DNA of 64,000 nucleotides from an archaeon (GTDB taxonomy: Archaea; Nanobdellota; Nanobdellia; SCGC-AAA011-G17; GW2011-AR17): assembly GCA_043814545.1 (NCBI GenBank), contig JBDRJY010000014.1, positions 7,617-71,616 on the forward strand, given 5' to 3'. Shown piece by piece: positions 47,859 to 56,696 of this stretch. The translations under genes were made by a program, and so were the position numbers. Within the stretch, counting starts at the first letter, position 1; every line of letters begins with the position of its first letter. The notes below the pieces were generated by a model. It saw nothing but the letters and a program-made list of their open reading frames with translations. It did no database searches and was not told the origin of the DNA.

Positions 47859-49192
47859 AAGTTAGAAAATTTCTTTAAGGCAAACACAGCCTGTTCAGGA
47901 TAATCAAATGTTGGTATAGAATTTTGTTCAAGTTTATTTTTCAGTTCTTGGGTTTGATTACCGCCTGTAGATACAACTACAATAGTTTTTGTTTTAACAT
48001 TATCTTTAATCACATCAACAATTTTATTGTTTAATGTAGGCGTTTGTAATAAGGCAACTAATAGGATTATGTCAATATTTTTATCTTTACTAACAGCAAT
48101 AAGCGCATGTTCGTACCGTTTAGGGTCAGCATCACCTACAAGATCAATGGGATTGCCAATAGTCGTAATGTCAGGCAAAAGTTTTTTTAATTTATTTTTG
48201 GTTGAATCTTTTATTTGTGCCAATTTTAATCCGTTTTTCACGATAGCATCAGTGCAAAGTATACCATACCCGCCCCCGTTAGTTATGACTTGTACGTTTA
48301 AACCTTTAGGCACACGACCTTTTTCGAAAAGTTTAGCAACCAAAAACAATTCTTCTAAAGTTTCAACTTGTATTAATCCGGTTTGTTTAAATGCAGCATT
48401 ATAAACATGATGTTGTCCTGCTAACGAACCTGTATGTGATAAAGTCGCTTTCGACCCTTCCATGGTTGCACCACCTTTGATGACTATGACTGGCTTTTTT
48501 TCTGCAACATTTTTAGCAACTTCCATGAAACGTTTAGCATCGCTAACACCTTCAATGTAAAGACAAATAACTTTAGTATTACGATCTTTTTCAAGATATT
48601 CAAGACAATCTGACTCGTTAAGGCTAGTTGCATTACCATAACTTATGAATTTAGAAAACCCATAACCTAAACTTGAAGCTTTATCAAGCATTGCTGCGCC
48701 GAGAGCGCCGCTTTGACTAATGAAAGAGATTACACCTTTTTCAGGACGCTGCATTTTTTCTCGCGGTAAAAACAATAAGTCTAAGTTTGAATAAGCATCA
48801 AACGTTCCAAGACAATTTGGTCCGATAGCTTTAATTTCATGCTCTTTTAATTTATCTTTAAGCTTTTTTTCTAATTCAAAGTTACCAGTTTCTTTAAAAC
48901 CTGAAGAAATAATTATAACATGTTTAATTTTTTTCTTTCCGCATTCATCTAAAATGTTTAGGACTAATTTTGCAGGTATTGCTATAACTGCTAGGTCAAT
49001 GGAATCAGGTATATCATTTAGTGTAGGATAAACAGTTTCTCCTAAAACTTTTTTTATATTAGGGTTAACAGGGTAAATTTTCCCTTTATAGCCGTTTTGT
49101 AAAAGGTTTTTATAAATTGTATGTCCAACCTTTTTTTCGTTAGCTGAGACACCTATGATAGCAACACTTTGTGCGTTAAAGAACTTATCCAT
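47849..49192 (-). CDS. Acetate--CoA ligase (ADP-forming) alpha subunit-like / CoA-binding NDP-forming acyl-CoA synthetase
   Basis: CoA-binding N-terminus FNAQSVAIIGVSANEKKVGHTIYKNLLQNGYKGKIYPVNP followed by a succinyl-CoA-synthetase-like flavodoxin domain. 447 aa. Confidence 0.6.
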   Translation of the reverse strand: MDKFFNAQSVAIIGVSANEKKVGHTIYKNLLQNGYKGKIYPVNPNIKKVLGETVYPTLNDIPDSIDLAVIAIPAKLVLNILDECGKKKIKHVIIISSGFKETGNFELEKKLKDKLKEHEIKAIGPNCLGTFDAYSNLDLLFLPREKMQRPEKGVISFISQSGALGAAMLDKASSLGYGFSKFISYGNATSLNESDCLEYLEKDRNTKVICLYIEGVSDAKRFMEVAKNVAEKKPVIVIKGGATMEGSKATLSHTGSLAGQHHVYNAAFKQTGLIQVETLEELFLVAKLFEKGRVPKGLNVQVITNGGGYGILCTDAIVKNGLKLAQIKDSTKNKLKKLLPDITTIGNPIDLVGDADPKRYEHALIAVSKDKNIDIILLVALLQTPTLNNKIVDVIKDNVKTKTIVVVSTGGNQTQELKNKLEQNSIPTFDYPEQAVFALKKFSNFYL

Positions 49193-49574
49193 ACTTCAAA
49201 AGGAGTAAGCTGATATTTTTAAATCTTTTCAATCGTGTTTATTTGTCACTTTAAAATTTTAACAGGCTTTTACTACTTTAAGTTGAACCCAAACGTTTAA
49301 ATACTATGTTGCTTTTTTTAACATTAATGGATCCTTTAGAATTTTTCTCAGAAGATGATTCATGTGAAGAAAATGAAAGCTACTATGATTTTTCTTTGTT
49401 TATCGCAATGTGATAACTTTGATTAAACTCGCAAGTGGTAGCAATGGTTCTTGTAATTAATTTAGTAACATAATCTTTATATACTTGTTTGATTAATAAT
49501 ATATTAGAAATATACATAGTAAACATCTCGCAGTAATTCTACAGAAACCATTTCATAATAATATTAGAAAAGGA

Positions 49575-49708
49575 TTTGTTTTCCTCAATGGCCTCGCAAA
49601 CCGAATGAGGAAAACAAAAACCAAAACATGGAAACTCAAACAAGAATTCCCAAACCAAAGAAACAAAACATGTTAATAAATGTTTCGCAAATTTTGAATT
49701 CTTGTTTC
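49575..49708 (+). promoter_or_regulatory. Structured leader/promoter region of ftsZ: perfect 13-bp hairpin (49575-49618) and nested 13-bp inverted repeat (49637-49649 / 49696-49708); GGAGG RBS at 49727-49731
   Basis: TTTGTTTTCCTCA...TGAGGAAAACAAA with an 18-nt loop. CAAACAAGAATTC...GAATTCTTGTTTC flanks an inner AAACATGTTAATAAATGTTT palindrome. Confidence 0.35.
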
Positions 49709-49739
49709 CAGTTTCTTCAAACCAAAAAAGGAGGACAAA

Positions 49740-50828
49740 ATGTCTGAAGAAAATAATGTGTTAGGTTCATTAGTTAATGAAGCTTTAGAAAAAACTAGAG
49801 AGTATTCTAAAGAAGATTTAAACATTGGCAAAGCAAACATAAAAGTTGTAGGCTGTGGTGGTGGTGGAGGAAATGCAACTGATTGGCTGTACAAAAAAGG
49901 TATTGAAGGTGCAGAGATCATTGCGATTAATACTGATAAACAACATTTAGATTTGATTGAAGCTGATAAAAAGATTTTGATAGGTCGAGAACTTACACGT
50001 GGTTTGGGTTGTGGTGGTTATCCGAATAAAGGACGGGACGCTGCTAAAGAACAGTTGACTGAAATTAAAAATATGATTAAAGGTTCAGACATGGTTTTTA
50101 TTACTGCAGGTTTAGGTGGTGGTACTGGTACAGGTTCAGCACCAATTGTTGCACAAGTTGCAAAAGAAAATAATGCAATTGTTATAGGTACTGTTACAAT
50201 GCCGTTTGAAATTGAAAAAGCTAGAATTGATAAAGCTGAATTTGGTTTACAACAGTTGCGCGAGATATGTGATACTGTAATTGTTATAGATAATAATCGC
50301 CTTGTAAAAATTGCTGGAAATCTGCCAATTCAGCAAGCATTTGCTGTTGCGAATGAATTAATTTCTACGATGATAAAAAGTATTGTAGAAATTATTGCTG
50401 TTCCCTCGTTAGTTAATTTGGATTACGCGGACGTTCGTGCTATTATGGCTAATGGAGATGTCTCAGTTATTGGTGTTGGGGAAAGCGACTCTGAACATAG
50501 AGTTGATGAAGCTGTAAAACGCGCATTAAGCAATCCTTTGTTGGACGTTAGTTACGACGGTGCGACCGGCGCGTTAATCCATATTACAGGGGGCAATGAT
50601 TTAACTTTGGAAGAAGTTAGCAAGGCAGGAGAACTGATTACTGAAGCTTTAGACGCAGATGCTAACGTGATTTGGGGTTCAAGAATTAATCCCGATTTTA
50701 AAGGTAAACTCCGTGTTATGACAATTGTAACCGGCGTGTCTTCACCTTACATACTTGGTAAAAGTTCAAAAAAAGATAAGATTATTCATCATAAATTTAA
50801 GGACGATTTGGGTATAGATATGATTTAG
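49740..50828 (+). CDS. ftsZ: Cell division GTPase FtsZ
   Basis: VVGCGGGGGNATDWL and the tubulin signature AGLGGGTGTGSAPIVAQ. Confidence 0.9.
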   Translation: MSEENNVLGSLVNEALEKTREYSKEDLNIGKANIKVVGCGGGGGNATDWLYKKGIEGAEIIAINTDKQHLDLIEADKKILIGRELTRGLGCGGYPNKGRDAAKEQLTEIKNMIKGSDMVFITAGLGGGTGTGSAPIVAQVAKENNAIVIGTVTMPFEIEKARIDKAEFGLQQLREICDTVIVIDNNRLVKIAGNLPIQQAFAVANELISTMIKSIVEIIAVPSLVNLDYADVRAIMANGDVSVIGVGESDSEHRVDEAVKRALSNPLLDVSYDGATGALIHITGGNDLTLEEVSKAGELITEALDADANVIWGSRINPDFKGKLRVMTIVTGVSSPYILGKSSKKDKIIHHKFKDDLGIDMI

Positions 50829-50856
50829 AATAAAAATTAGGGGGTGTTGTTAAAAA

Positions 50857-51069
50857 ATGGAAGAAAAAAACAAGTATTATGTGATGTGGCAAGTGGTAAA
50901 AAAGAAGACAAAAAACGGATTAGTGAACCAAATCCTTGGCAAGAAAATTGCATATAAAACATCGATTGTTCACAGTTACGACAATGAAGAAGTCGCTAAC
51001 TTTGGTTTTAAAAATATAAAATCCAATGGCGGCTATCGACCAGTATTGTTAAAAGTACTTAGGGAATAA
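50857..51069 (+). CDS. Small hypothetical protein (70 aa) downstream of ftsZ
   Basis: ORF with a GGGGGTG SD-like motif upstream. No motif recognised. Confidence 0.3.
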   Translation: MEEKNKYYVMWQVVKKKTKNGLVNQILGKKIAYKTSIVHSYDNEEVANFGFKNIKSNGGYRPVLLKVLRE

Positions 51070-51325
51070 ATCCTTTTTACGGTCGGTCAGGTTGAGGCCT
51101 GGCCGCACCACTATACACAAAAATGGACGCAACGAAAAAACACAAAAAAATGATTGAGTTTGAGATAGAGAATTGTATTGATAATATCGATTTTTATAAG
51201 AAAGAAATCGATTACATGCAGGAAAAGATTCAAGGCCTGCACCGTCTCAAACAATCAATCGAAATTAACGAATAAAAGTACGTTTGGATAAGGTTTAAAT
51301 ATTCTTCTATGTTATTTTATGTTAT

Positions 51326-51835
51326 ATGGTTAAAGTTTTATTTGTAATAGCACAACATAATTTTCAAGACAAAGAATTTTCTGTGCCTAAAGATATTTTA
51401 GAAAGTAAAGGTTTTGAAGTTGTTGTTGCAAGTGTTAAGAAAGGCGAATGTGTTGGCATGTTTGGTTCAAAAGCTACGGCTGATGTTACAATTGATGAAG
51501 TTAATTCTAAGGATTATGATGCTTTGGTTTTGGTAGGTGGTTCAGGTGCAATTGTTTATGTTGAGAATAAAAAAGTTTTAAGTTTGGTTAAAGAAATGAA
51601 TACCGACAATAAAATAGTTGCAGCAATTTGTATTGCACCAGTAATTTTAGCAAAATCAGGTCTCTTAGAAGGTAAAAAAGCAACAGTCTATAATTTTCCT
51701 TTATCAAAACAATACTTTTCGTTACATAATGTTAAGAAGCTTGATGATAACGTTGTTGTTGATGGTAATATTATTACTGGTAACGGTCCGAAAGCAGCTG
51801 AAGAGTTTGGTAACGCAATTGCAGAAAAACTATGA
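51326..51835 (+). CDS. DJ-1/PfpI family protein (class I glutamine amidotransferase-like fold)
   Basis: DALVLVGGSGA and the nucleophile elbow AAICIAPVILAKSG. Confidence 0.75.
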   Translation: MVKVLFVIAQHNFQDKEFSVPKDILESKGFEVVVASVKKGECVGMFGSKATADVTIDEVNSKDYDALVLVGGSGAIVYVENKKVLSLVKEMNTDNKIVAAICIAPVILAKSGLLEGKKATVYNFPLSKQYFSLHNVKKLDDNVVVDGNIITGNGPKAAEEFGNAIAEKL

Positions 51836-52449
51836 TATCAAAAATATTACAAAGGTTTAGGAAACATTACAAAACACCGAAGACTGCTTTAATATATAGA
51901 TCTAATTTCCAATTATTAGTTTCAACAATACTTTCGGCACAATGTACTGATAAGAGGATTAACGCTGTTACAAAAGAATTGTTTAAGAAATATAAAACTC
52001 CACAAGATTTTGCAAAAATAAATATATTAACTTTAGAGAAAGAAATATATTCGACTGGCTTTTATAAAAATAAAGCAAAAAATATCAAGGCTACATCTAA
52101 ACTCTTGGTAGAAAAGTATAATTCTCGTGTACCTAGCAATATGAAAGATTTGTTAACTTTACCTGGCGTTGCAAGGAAAACTGCTAATGTTGTTTTATCT
52201 TCGGCTTTTAACAAGAATGAAGGAGTGGTTGTTGATACGCATGTTAGACGAGTAAGTTATAGGTTAGGTTTAACTAAGAATAAAGATCCTAAAAAGATTG
52301 AACAAGATTTAATGAAAATTCTTTCAAAACGTTCATGGGGAAACATTTCTTTTTATTTGATTAATCATGGTAGAACTTTGTGTACAGCTAGAAACAAAAA
52401 ATGTAAACAATGTTTCTTGAACGACATTTGCCCTTCGGCAGAAATCTAA
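51832..52449 (+). CDS. nth: Endonuclease III (HhH-GPD DNA glycosylase/AP lyase with [4Fe-4S] cluster)
   Basis: LPGVARKTANVVL HhH-GPD motif and a catalytic Lys region. C-terminal CTARNKKCKQCFLNDIC gives C-x6-C-x2-C-x5-C. Confidence 0.8.
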   Translation: MISKILQRFRKHYKTPKTALIYRSNFQLLVSTILSAQCTDKRINAVTKELFKKYKTPQDFAKINILTLEKEIYSTGFYKNKAKNIKATSKLLVEKYNSRVPSNMKDLLTLPGVARKTANVVLSSAFNKNEGVVVDTHVRRVSYRLGLTKNKDPKKIEQDLMKILSKRSWGNISFYLINHGRTLCTARNKKCKQCFLNDICPSAEI

Positions 52450-52482
52450 ACCTTTATATATTTAGTATTTTTCTTTCGCATT

Positions 52483-53409
52483 ATGGAAGCTGTTAAAAAA
52501 ATGTTAGAGAAACAACACTATTGTTTTTTAGGCGAACATAGCGCATTAAAGGTTTGTAGTTGGACAAAAAAATCTTTACGTGATGAAGGTGTTTGTTATA
52601 AAGAAAAGTTTTATGGTATTAGATCACATTTATGCGCACAAATTTCTCCTATAGTGAATTTCTGTAACCATGATTGTGTTTTTTGTTGGCGTGATAAAGG
52701 TAATTGGGAAGTAAAAAAGTTAGATGAACCTTCAGAGATAATCTCAGGCATTGCGCAAGCGCAGAAGAAGATGTTAACTGGTTTTAACGGTTATGATGGA
52801 GTTAACAAGGATAAGTTAGAAGAAGCTTCTGACCCGCAACATATCGCAATTTCCCTTACTGGCGAGATTTTAGCGTATAAAAAAATAAGTGAATTGATAA
52901 AAGGTTTTCATGAAGCAGGTAAAACTACTTTTGTCGTTACCAACGGTACTTTCCCTGATGTTTTACGTAAAATGGAAATGCCTACACAGTTGTATATCTC
53001 TATTGAAGCTCCTAATAAAGAATTGTATAAGAAGATTGACAAACCTTTATTCCAAGATACATGGGACAAGTTAATGGACTCTTTGGATATAATGAAAAAT
53101 TTGAAAACTAAAACTCGTACTGCTTTACGTATAACTGCTATTAAAGATTTAAACATGATTGACCCTGAAGGTTATGCTAAACTAATTGAAAAAGCAGATG
53201 CAACTTTTGTCGAAGTTAAATCTTACATGTACGTTGGTGCTTCGCAACAAAAATTAGAAATTGAAAACATGCCTCGCCATCCCGAAGTAAAAGAATTTGC
53301 TGAAGAGATAGCTAAACATTGCGGTTATAAAATTATTGACGAACAAAAAGAGTCTCGTGTTGTATTGTTAATGAAAGAAGATTTTGATGGTAGGGTTATG
53401 AAGTTTTAA
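52483..53409 (+). CDS. taw1: tRNA 4-demethylwyosine synthase Taw1 (TYW1, radical SAM)
   Basis: ...YGIRSHLCAQISPIVNFCNHDCVFCWRD... contains the radical-SAM CxxxCxxC-like cluster plus the Taw1-specific upstream Cys. The length of about 310 aa is typical of archaeal Taw1. Confidence 0.75.
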   Translation: MEAVKKMLEKQHYCFLGEHSALKVCSWTKKSLRDEGVCYKEKFYGIRSHLCAQISPIVNFCNHDCVFCWRDKGNWEVKKLDEPSEIISGIAQAQKKMLTGFNGYDGVNKDKLEEASDPQHIAISLTGEILAYKKISELIKGFHEAGKTTFVVTNGTFPDVLRKMEMPTQLYISIEAPNKELYKKIDKPLFQDTWDKLMDSLDIMKNLKTKTRTALRITAIKDLNMIDPEGYAKLIEKADATFVEVKSYMYVGASQQKLEIENMPRHPEVKEFAEEIAKHCGYKIIDEQKESRVVLLMKEDFDGRVMKF

Positions 53410-53451
53410 TAAAACAACTTTTATATACTCCTATCACATATATTTAATATT

Positions 53452-54072
53452 ATGGTAACAAAAATCAAAATTAAAGAAACTGCACTTATAGTAATAGATA
53501 TTACCAATCAATGTTGTCATCCGAAGTATGAAATAAAAAAATGGAATTTGACATTCAATAAGATTAGAAAAATAGTCCCATCTTTAAAAAAGTTTATAAC
53601 AAAATATAGAAAAGCTGGTGGAAAAGTAATTTTTGTCAATTGCACCCCTTGGAAAAAAGAATTTTTAACTCCAAATATTATAGAATTGTATAAAGATCCG
53701 AAATGTAAATATTACTCTTCCGACAAATCAGGTTTTAGTGAAGAATTTTTTGAATTAGAACCAACAAAAGACGACTTAATTATCACTAAAAGCACATATG
53801 ATGCCTTTACCAACCCAAAATTAAATAAATATTTGAAAAAACAAAAAATCAAGTATGTTGTTATTACTGGTATTTTTGGTGATGGTTGTGTTCAATCTAC
53901 AATTCAAGGAGGATTTTCAGCAGGATATAATTTTATTATATTAAAAGATTTGATAGAAACCACAGATGTTCCCGTCAGACAAAAATTACAACAACTCTTG
54001 AAAAGATATACTTGGCCTGTTATGTTTGGCAAAACAATTTCTTCAAAAGAATTTTTTAAATTTGTAAAATAA
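53452..54072 (+). CDS. Isochorismatase-family cysteine hydrolase (nicotinamidase-like)
   Basis: TALIVIDITNQC is the N-terminal D/K motif region. VVITGIFGDGCVQST carries the catalytic Cys. Confidence 0.55.
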   Translation: MVTKIKIKETALIVIDITNQCCHPKYEIKKWNLTFNKIRKIVPSLKKFITKYRKAGGKVIFVNCTPWKKEFLTPNIIELYKDPKCKYYSSDKSGFSEEFFELEPTKDDLIITKSTYDAFTNPKLNKYLKKQKIKYVVITGIFGDGCVQSTIQGGFSAGYNFIILKDLIETTDVPVRQKLQQLLKRYTWPVMFGKTISSKEFFKFVK

Positions 54073-54077
54073 ATAAC

Positions 54078-54887
54078 TTATTTAGTTCTAGAACAATAAT
54101 GAAAATAATCGCATTGACCAGTTTTCCATTTACACAACGCCGATTCTTTCTTTGGATAATCTTTAATTTCTTTTGTTTGCGTACCTTCGTGAACTTTACG
54201 AATTTCATATTTTGCAAACTCAATTAATTGGTCATCAACATGACAAAATTTTTCACTGTATTTTAAGAAATTCACACCGACTCTGTTAGGTCTTACACCG
54301 TGTTGTTCTTCATACATTAAAGCATAAATTCCTAACTGCAACTTATAATCATCAGTTAAGGTATCTTTTTTAGAAGTTTTATAATCTATAAGGGTAACAA
54401 AATCTTTTTCTTCATGTATTGCATCAATAAAACCTCTTACACCTAACTCTGTGGATTGATATTGCAGTTCAGTTTTAGGTTTAATATAATTAAATGATTC
54501 AACAAATTCTAACTTTTCCATTCTTAGGTTAAGTTTATTCATAAAACCTTGAAACCAGTTGTTTAACATACGCATTGACTCGTCTTTATAGAAAGCTAAC
54601 TGTTCAGCAGTAAGATCTAATTCATTAAGTTTAGATTCTTTGTTCATCCAATGTTTGTTAAAGCTTTCAAGTAATATCACGTTAAGTTCAATCTCAAACC
54701 CTTCTTTTGATAAGGTTGTAGGTTCAATTTTAAAAAAATCTTCTAAAGTGGAATGAACAATGTTACCTCTAATCAAATGTATTGAAGGTAAAGAAGGTAA
54801 TTGCATTATATACGAGAAAAAATATCTTCTAGGACACTGTCTATACGTATTAATAGATGATGGTGATTGTATACGTGCAAAATTCAT
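54078..54887 (-). CDS. PD-(D/E)XK nuclease, RecB/Cas4-like with Cys cluster (orphan, no CRISPR context)
   Basis: N-terminal NTYRQCPRRYFFSY. GFIDAIHEE...LIDYKTSK is a D...ExK motif. C-terminal CKWKTGQCDYFHYC supplies Fe-S-type Cys ligands. Confidence 0.55.
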   Translation of the reverse strand: MNFARIQSPSSINTYRQCPRRYFFSYIMQLPSLPSIHLIRGNIVHSTLEDFFKIEPTTLSKEGFEIELNVILLESFNKHWMNKESKLNELDLTAEQLAFYKDESMRMLNNWFQGFMNKLNLRMEKLEFVESFNYIKPKTELQYQSTELGVRGFIDAIHEEKDFVTLIDYKTSKKDTLTDDYKLQLGIYALMYEEQHGVRPNRVGVNFLKYSEKFCHVDDQLIEFAKYEIRKVHEGTQTKEIKDYPKKESALCKWKTGQCDYFHYCSRTK

Positions 54888-54914
54888 GAAATAACTAAAC
54901 GAAAAAAATAGTAT

Positions 54915-55451
54915 TTAAGTATTATTGCGTTTGACTGTTTTTAACATGATGATAGGGTAATATAAAAAATATTTTAGTTTGGTTTTCACTGGATTTTTTT
55001 CAACTTCATCTAAATATTCCATTTCAGCTTTAGTACGATAAATATCACAATGTAAAGTTTTCAAACCTATCAATGGGCTTATTATGCCTGGTTTATACTT
55101 TTTCCTACGTTCAATCAGTTCAGGACTTAATCTATCAAGAGAATTTTTTGTTAATGGTCTAAGACCAACAACTTGCATTTCACTTTTTAGAATATTATAC
55201 AGTTGCGGCATTTCGTCTAACCGCCATTTACGCAAAAAGTTACCAATAGACGTTATTCGGGGATCATTTTTAATTTTCCCATACTCATCGACACCTTTTT
55301 CTTCACGAAGTTGTTCATATAATGATTCAGAATCATGGTACATGGTACGAAATTTATAAATTTTAAACAAATCTCCATTTAAACCAATACGCTCTTGTTC
55401 AAAAATAATTTCTTTTTTTATTCTTTGAACAAGATTTTCTAATGATTTCAC
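54915..55451 (-). CDS. Bacterial-type sugar phosphotransferase catalytic domain (Bac_transf, PglC/WbaP-like) apparently lacking the N-terminal membrane helix
   Basis: IYKFRTM...DPRITSIGNFLRKWRLDEMPQLYNILKSEMQVVGLRPL is the canonical Bac_transf core. The ORF begins directly at the soluble domain, and there is no upstream in-frame extension. Confidence 0.6.
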   Translation of the reverse strand: MKSLENLVQRIKKEIIFEQERIGLNGDLFKIYKFRTMYHDSESLYEQLREEKGVDEYGKIKNDPRITSIGNFLRKWRLDEMPQLYNILKSEMQVVGLRPLTKNSLDRLSPELIERRKKYKPGIISPLIGLKTLHCDIYRTKAEMEYLDEVEKNPVKTKLKYFLYYPIIMLKTVKRNNT

Positions 55452-55629
55452 TATAATATGTAAAATGCTAGAAATATTTAAGTTTTATTAAAGAGAGGCT
55501 CCCAAACCCAAAGGCTTGAGGAACCCCCAAATCACCCCTCAGATACAGCTAGTGATTTTATGGTTATATTTAAATCTTACCATCCTTAATCCTAAATATT
55601 TATAAAGAACTAATTATTCAGCCAAAGAT

Positions 55630-56556
55630 ATGAGAATCTTAGTTACAGGCGGTGCAGGTTTTATCGGTTCACATTTATGTGAAACTTTGTTAAGGCAAGG
55701 CCATTATGTAATTTGTTTAGACAATTTTTATTGTAGTTCTAAGGAAAATATTAGACATTTGATTCCTCATCCCAACTTTGAACTTATTAGACACGACATT
55801 ACAGAATCGTTAAGAATAGAAGTTGACCAGATTTATAATTTAGCATGTCCAGCTTCACCAGTACATTACCAAAAAAATCCTATTAAAACAGTTAAGACAA
55901 ATGTTTTAGGAATTGTAAACATGTTAGGTTTAGCTAAGAGAACTGGCGCAAGAATTTTACAAGCTTCAACTTCAGAAGTTTACGGTAACCCATTAGAACA
56001 TCCACAAACTGAAAAATATTGGGGCAATGTTAATCCGATAGGTGTAAGAAGTTGTTACGATGAAGGTAAGCGTGTGGCTGAAACTTTAATGATGGATTAT
56101 TACAGGCAAAACCAGGTTGATATTCGTATTGTAAGAATCTTTAACACTTACGGTCCAAGAATGGCTAAGAACGATGGTCGTGTAGTACCAAACTTCATTA
56201 ACCAGGCTTTGTTAGGCCAAGACATAACTGTGTACGGTGATGGTGAACAAACACGATCTTTCTGTTATGTTTCAGAATTAGTTGACGGTATGATGAAAAC
56301 AATGAACTCTGAAAACTTTACAGGTCCTGTTAACTTAGGCAACCCGACAGAATATACAATGATCCAGTTAGCTGAAACAATTATAAAATTGACTAACTCA
56401 CAATCTCGATTAATTTACCAAGAGTTACCTTCTGACGATCCAGTTAAACGTAAACCTGATATAACTTTAGCAAGGGAAAAGTTAGGTTGGGTACCTAAGA
56501 TAGAGTTGGAAGAAGGTTTAAGAACAACTATTGAACATTTTAAGCAACGGCTTTGA
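55630..56556 (+). CDS. UDP-glucuronate decarboxylase (UDP-xylose synthase) / NAD-dependent sugar epimerase-dehydratase
   Basis: [21 protein letters not shown]...[18 protein letters not shown] closely resembles UXS. The short-chain dehydrogenase/reductase catalytic Tyr/Lys region is present. Confidence 0.8.
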   Translation: MRILVTGGAGFIGSHLCETLLRQGHYVICLDNFYCSSKENIRHLIPHPNFELIRHDITESLRIEVDQIYNLACPASPVHYQKNPIKTVKTNVLGIVNMLGLAKRTGARILQASTSEVYGNPLEHPQTEKYWGNVNPIGVRSCYDEGKRVAETLMMDYYRQNQVDIRIVRIFNTYGPRMAKNDGRVVPNFINQALLGQDITVYGDGEQTRSFCYVSELVDGMMKTMNSENFTGPVNLGNPTEYTMIQLAETIIKLTNSQSRLIYQELPSDDPVKRKPDITLAREKLGWVPKIELEEGLRTTIEHFKQRL

Positions 56557-56557
56557 T

Positions 56558-56655
56558 TTTTGCCTTTGGCTGTGTATATAAAAAGTAATGTTTAATTTGT
56601 AATGAGGTTATTTGTTTTTTAGGTTGTGTTTTAATTATTTGGTTTGTGGACAAAA
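56558..56655. repeat. Intergenic repeat element copy A (about 100 bp); copy B lies at 62682-62780 and the GTTTGTGGACA core recurs at 63453-63463
   Basis: A: tttgcctttggctgtgtata...aggttgtgttttaattatttggtttgtggacaaaa. B: tttgccttcggctgtgtaca...agattgtgttttaattgtttgatttgtggacagat. Identity is about 75%, and both lie just upstream of +strand genes. Confidence 0.5.
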
Positions 56656-56696
56656 TAGATAGATTTTTAAAAAATACTTATTCTCTGATTAATAAA

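Noticed and set aside
48027-48404. 125-aa +strand ORF inside the acetyl-CoA synthetase (ADP-forming) gene
   Set aside because: It is antisense to a CDS with a clear CoA-binding motif.
49673-49921. 82-aa minus-strand ORF spanning the ftsZ start and leader
   Set aside because: It overlaps the ftsZ RBS and start on the other strand and translates the palindromic leader, so it is a spurious ORF.
54078-54887. Cas4-like nuclease as evidence of a CRISPR-Cas locus
   Set aside because: There is no repeat-spacer array and no cas1, cas2 or effector genes anywhere in the 64 kb.
55084-55359. 91-aa +strand ORF inside the sugar transferase gene
   Set aside because: It is antisense to the Bac_transf catalytic core.
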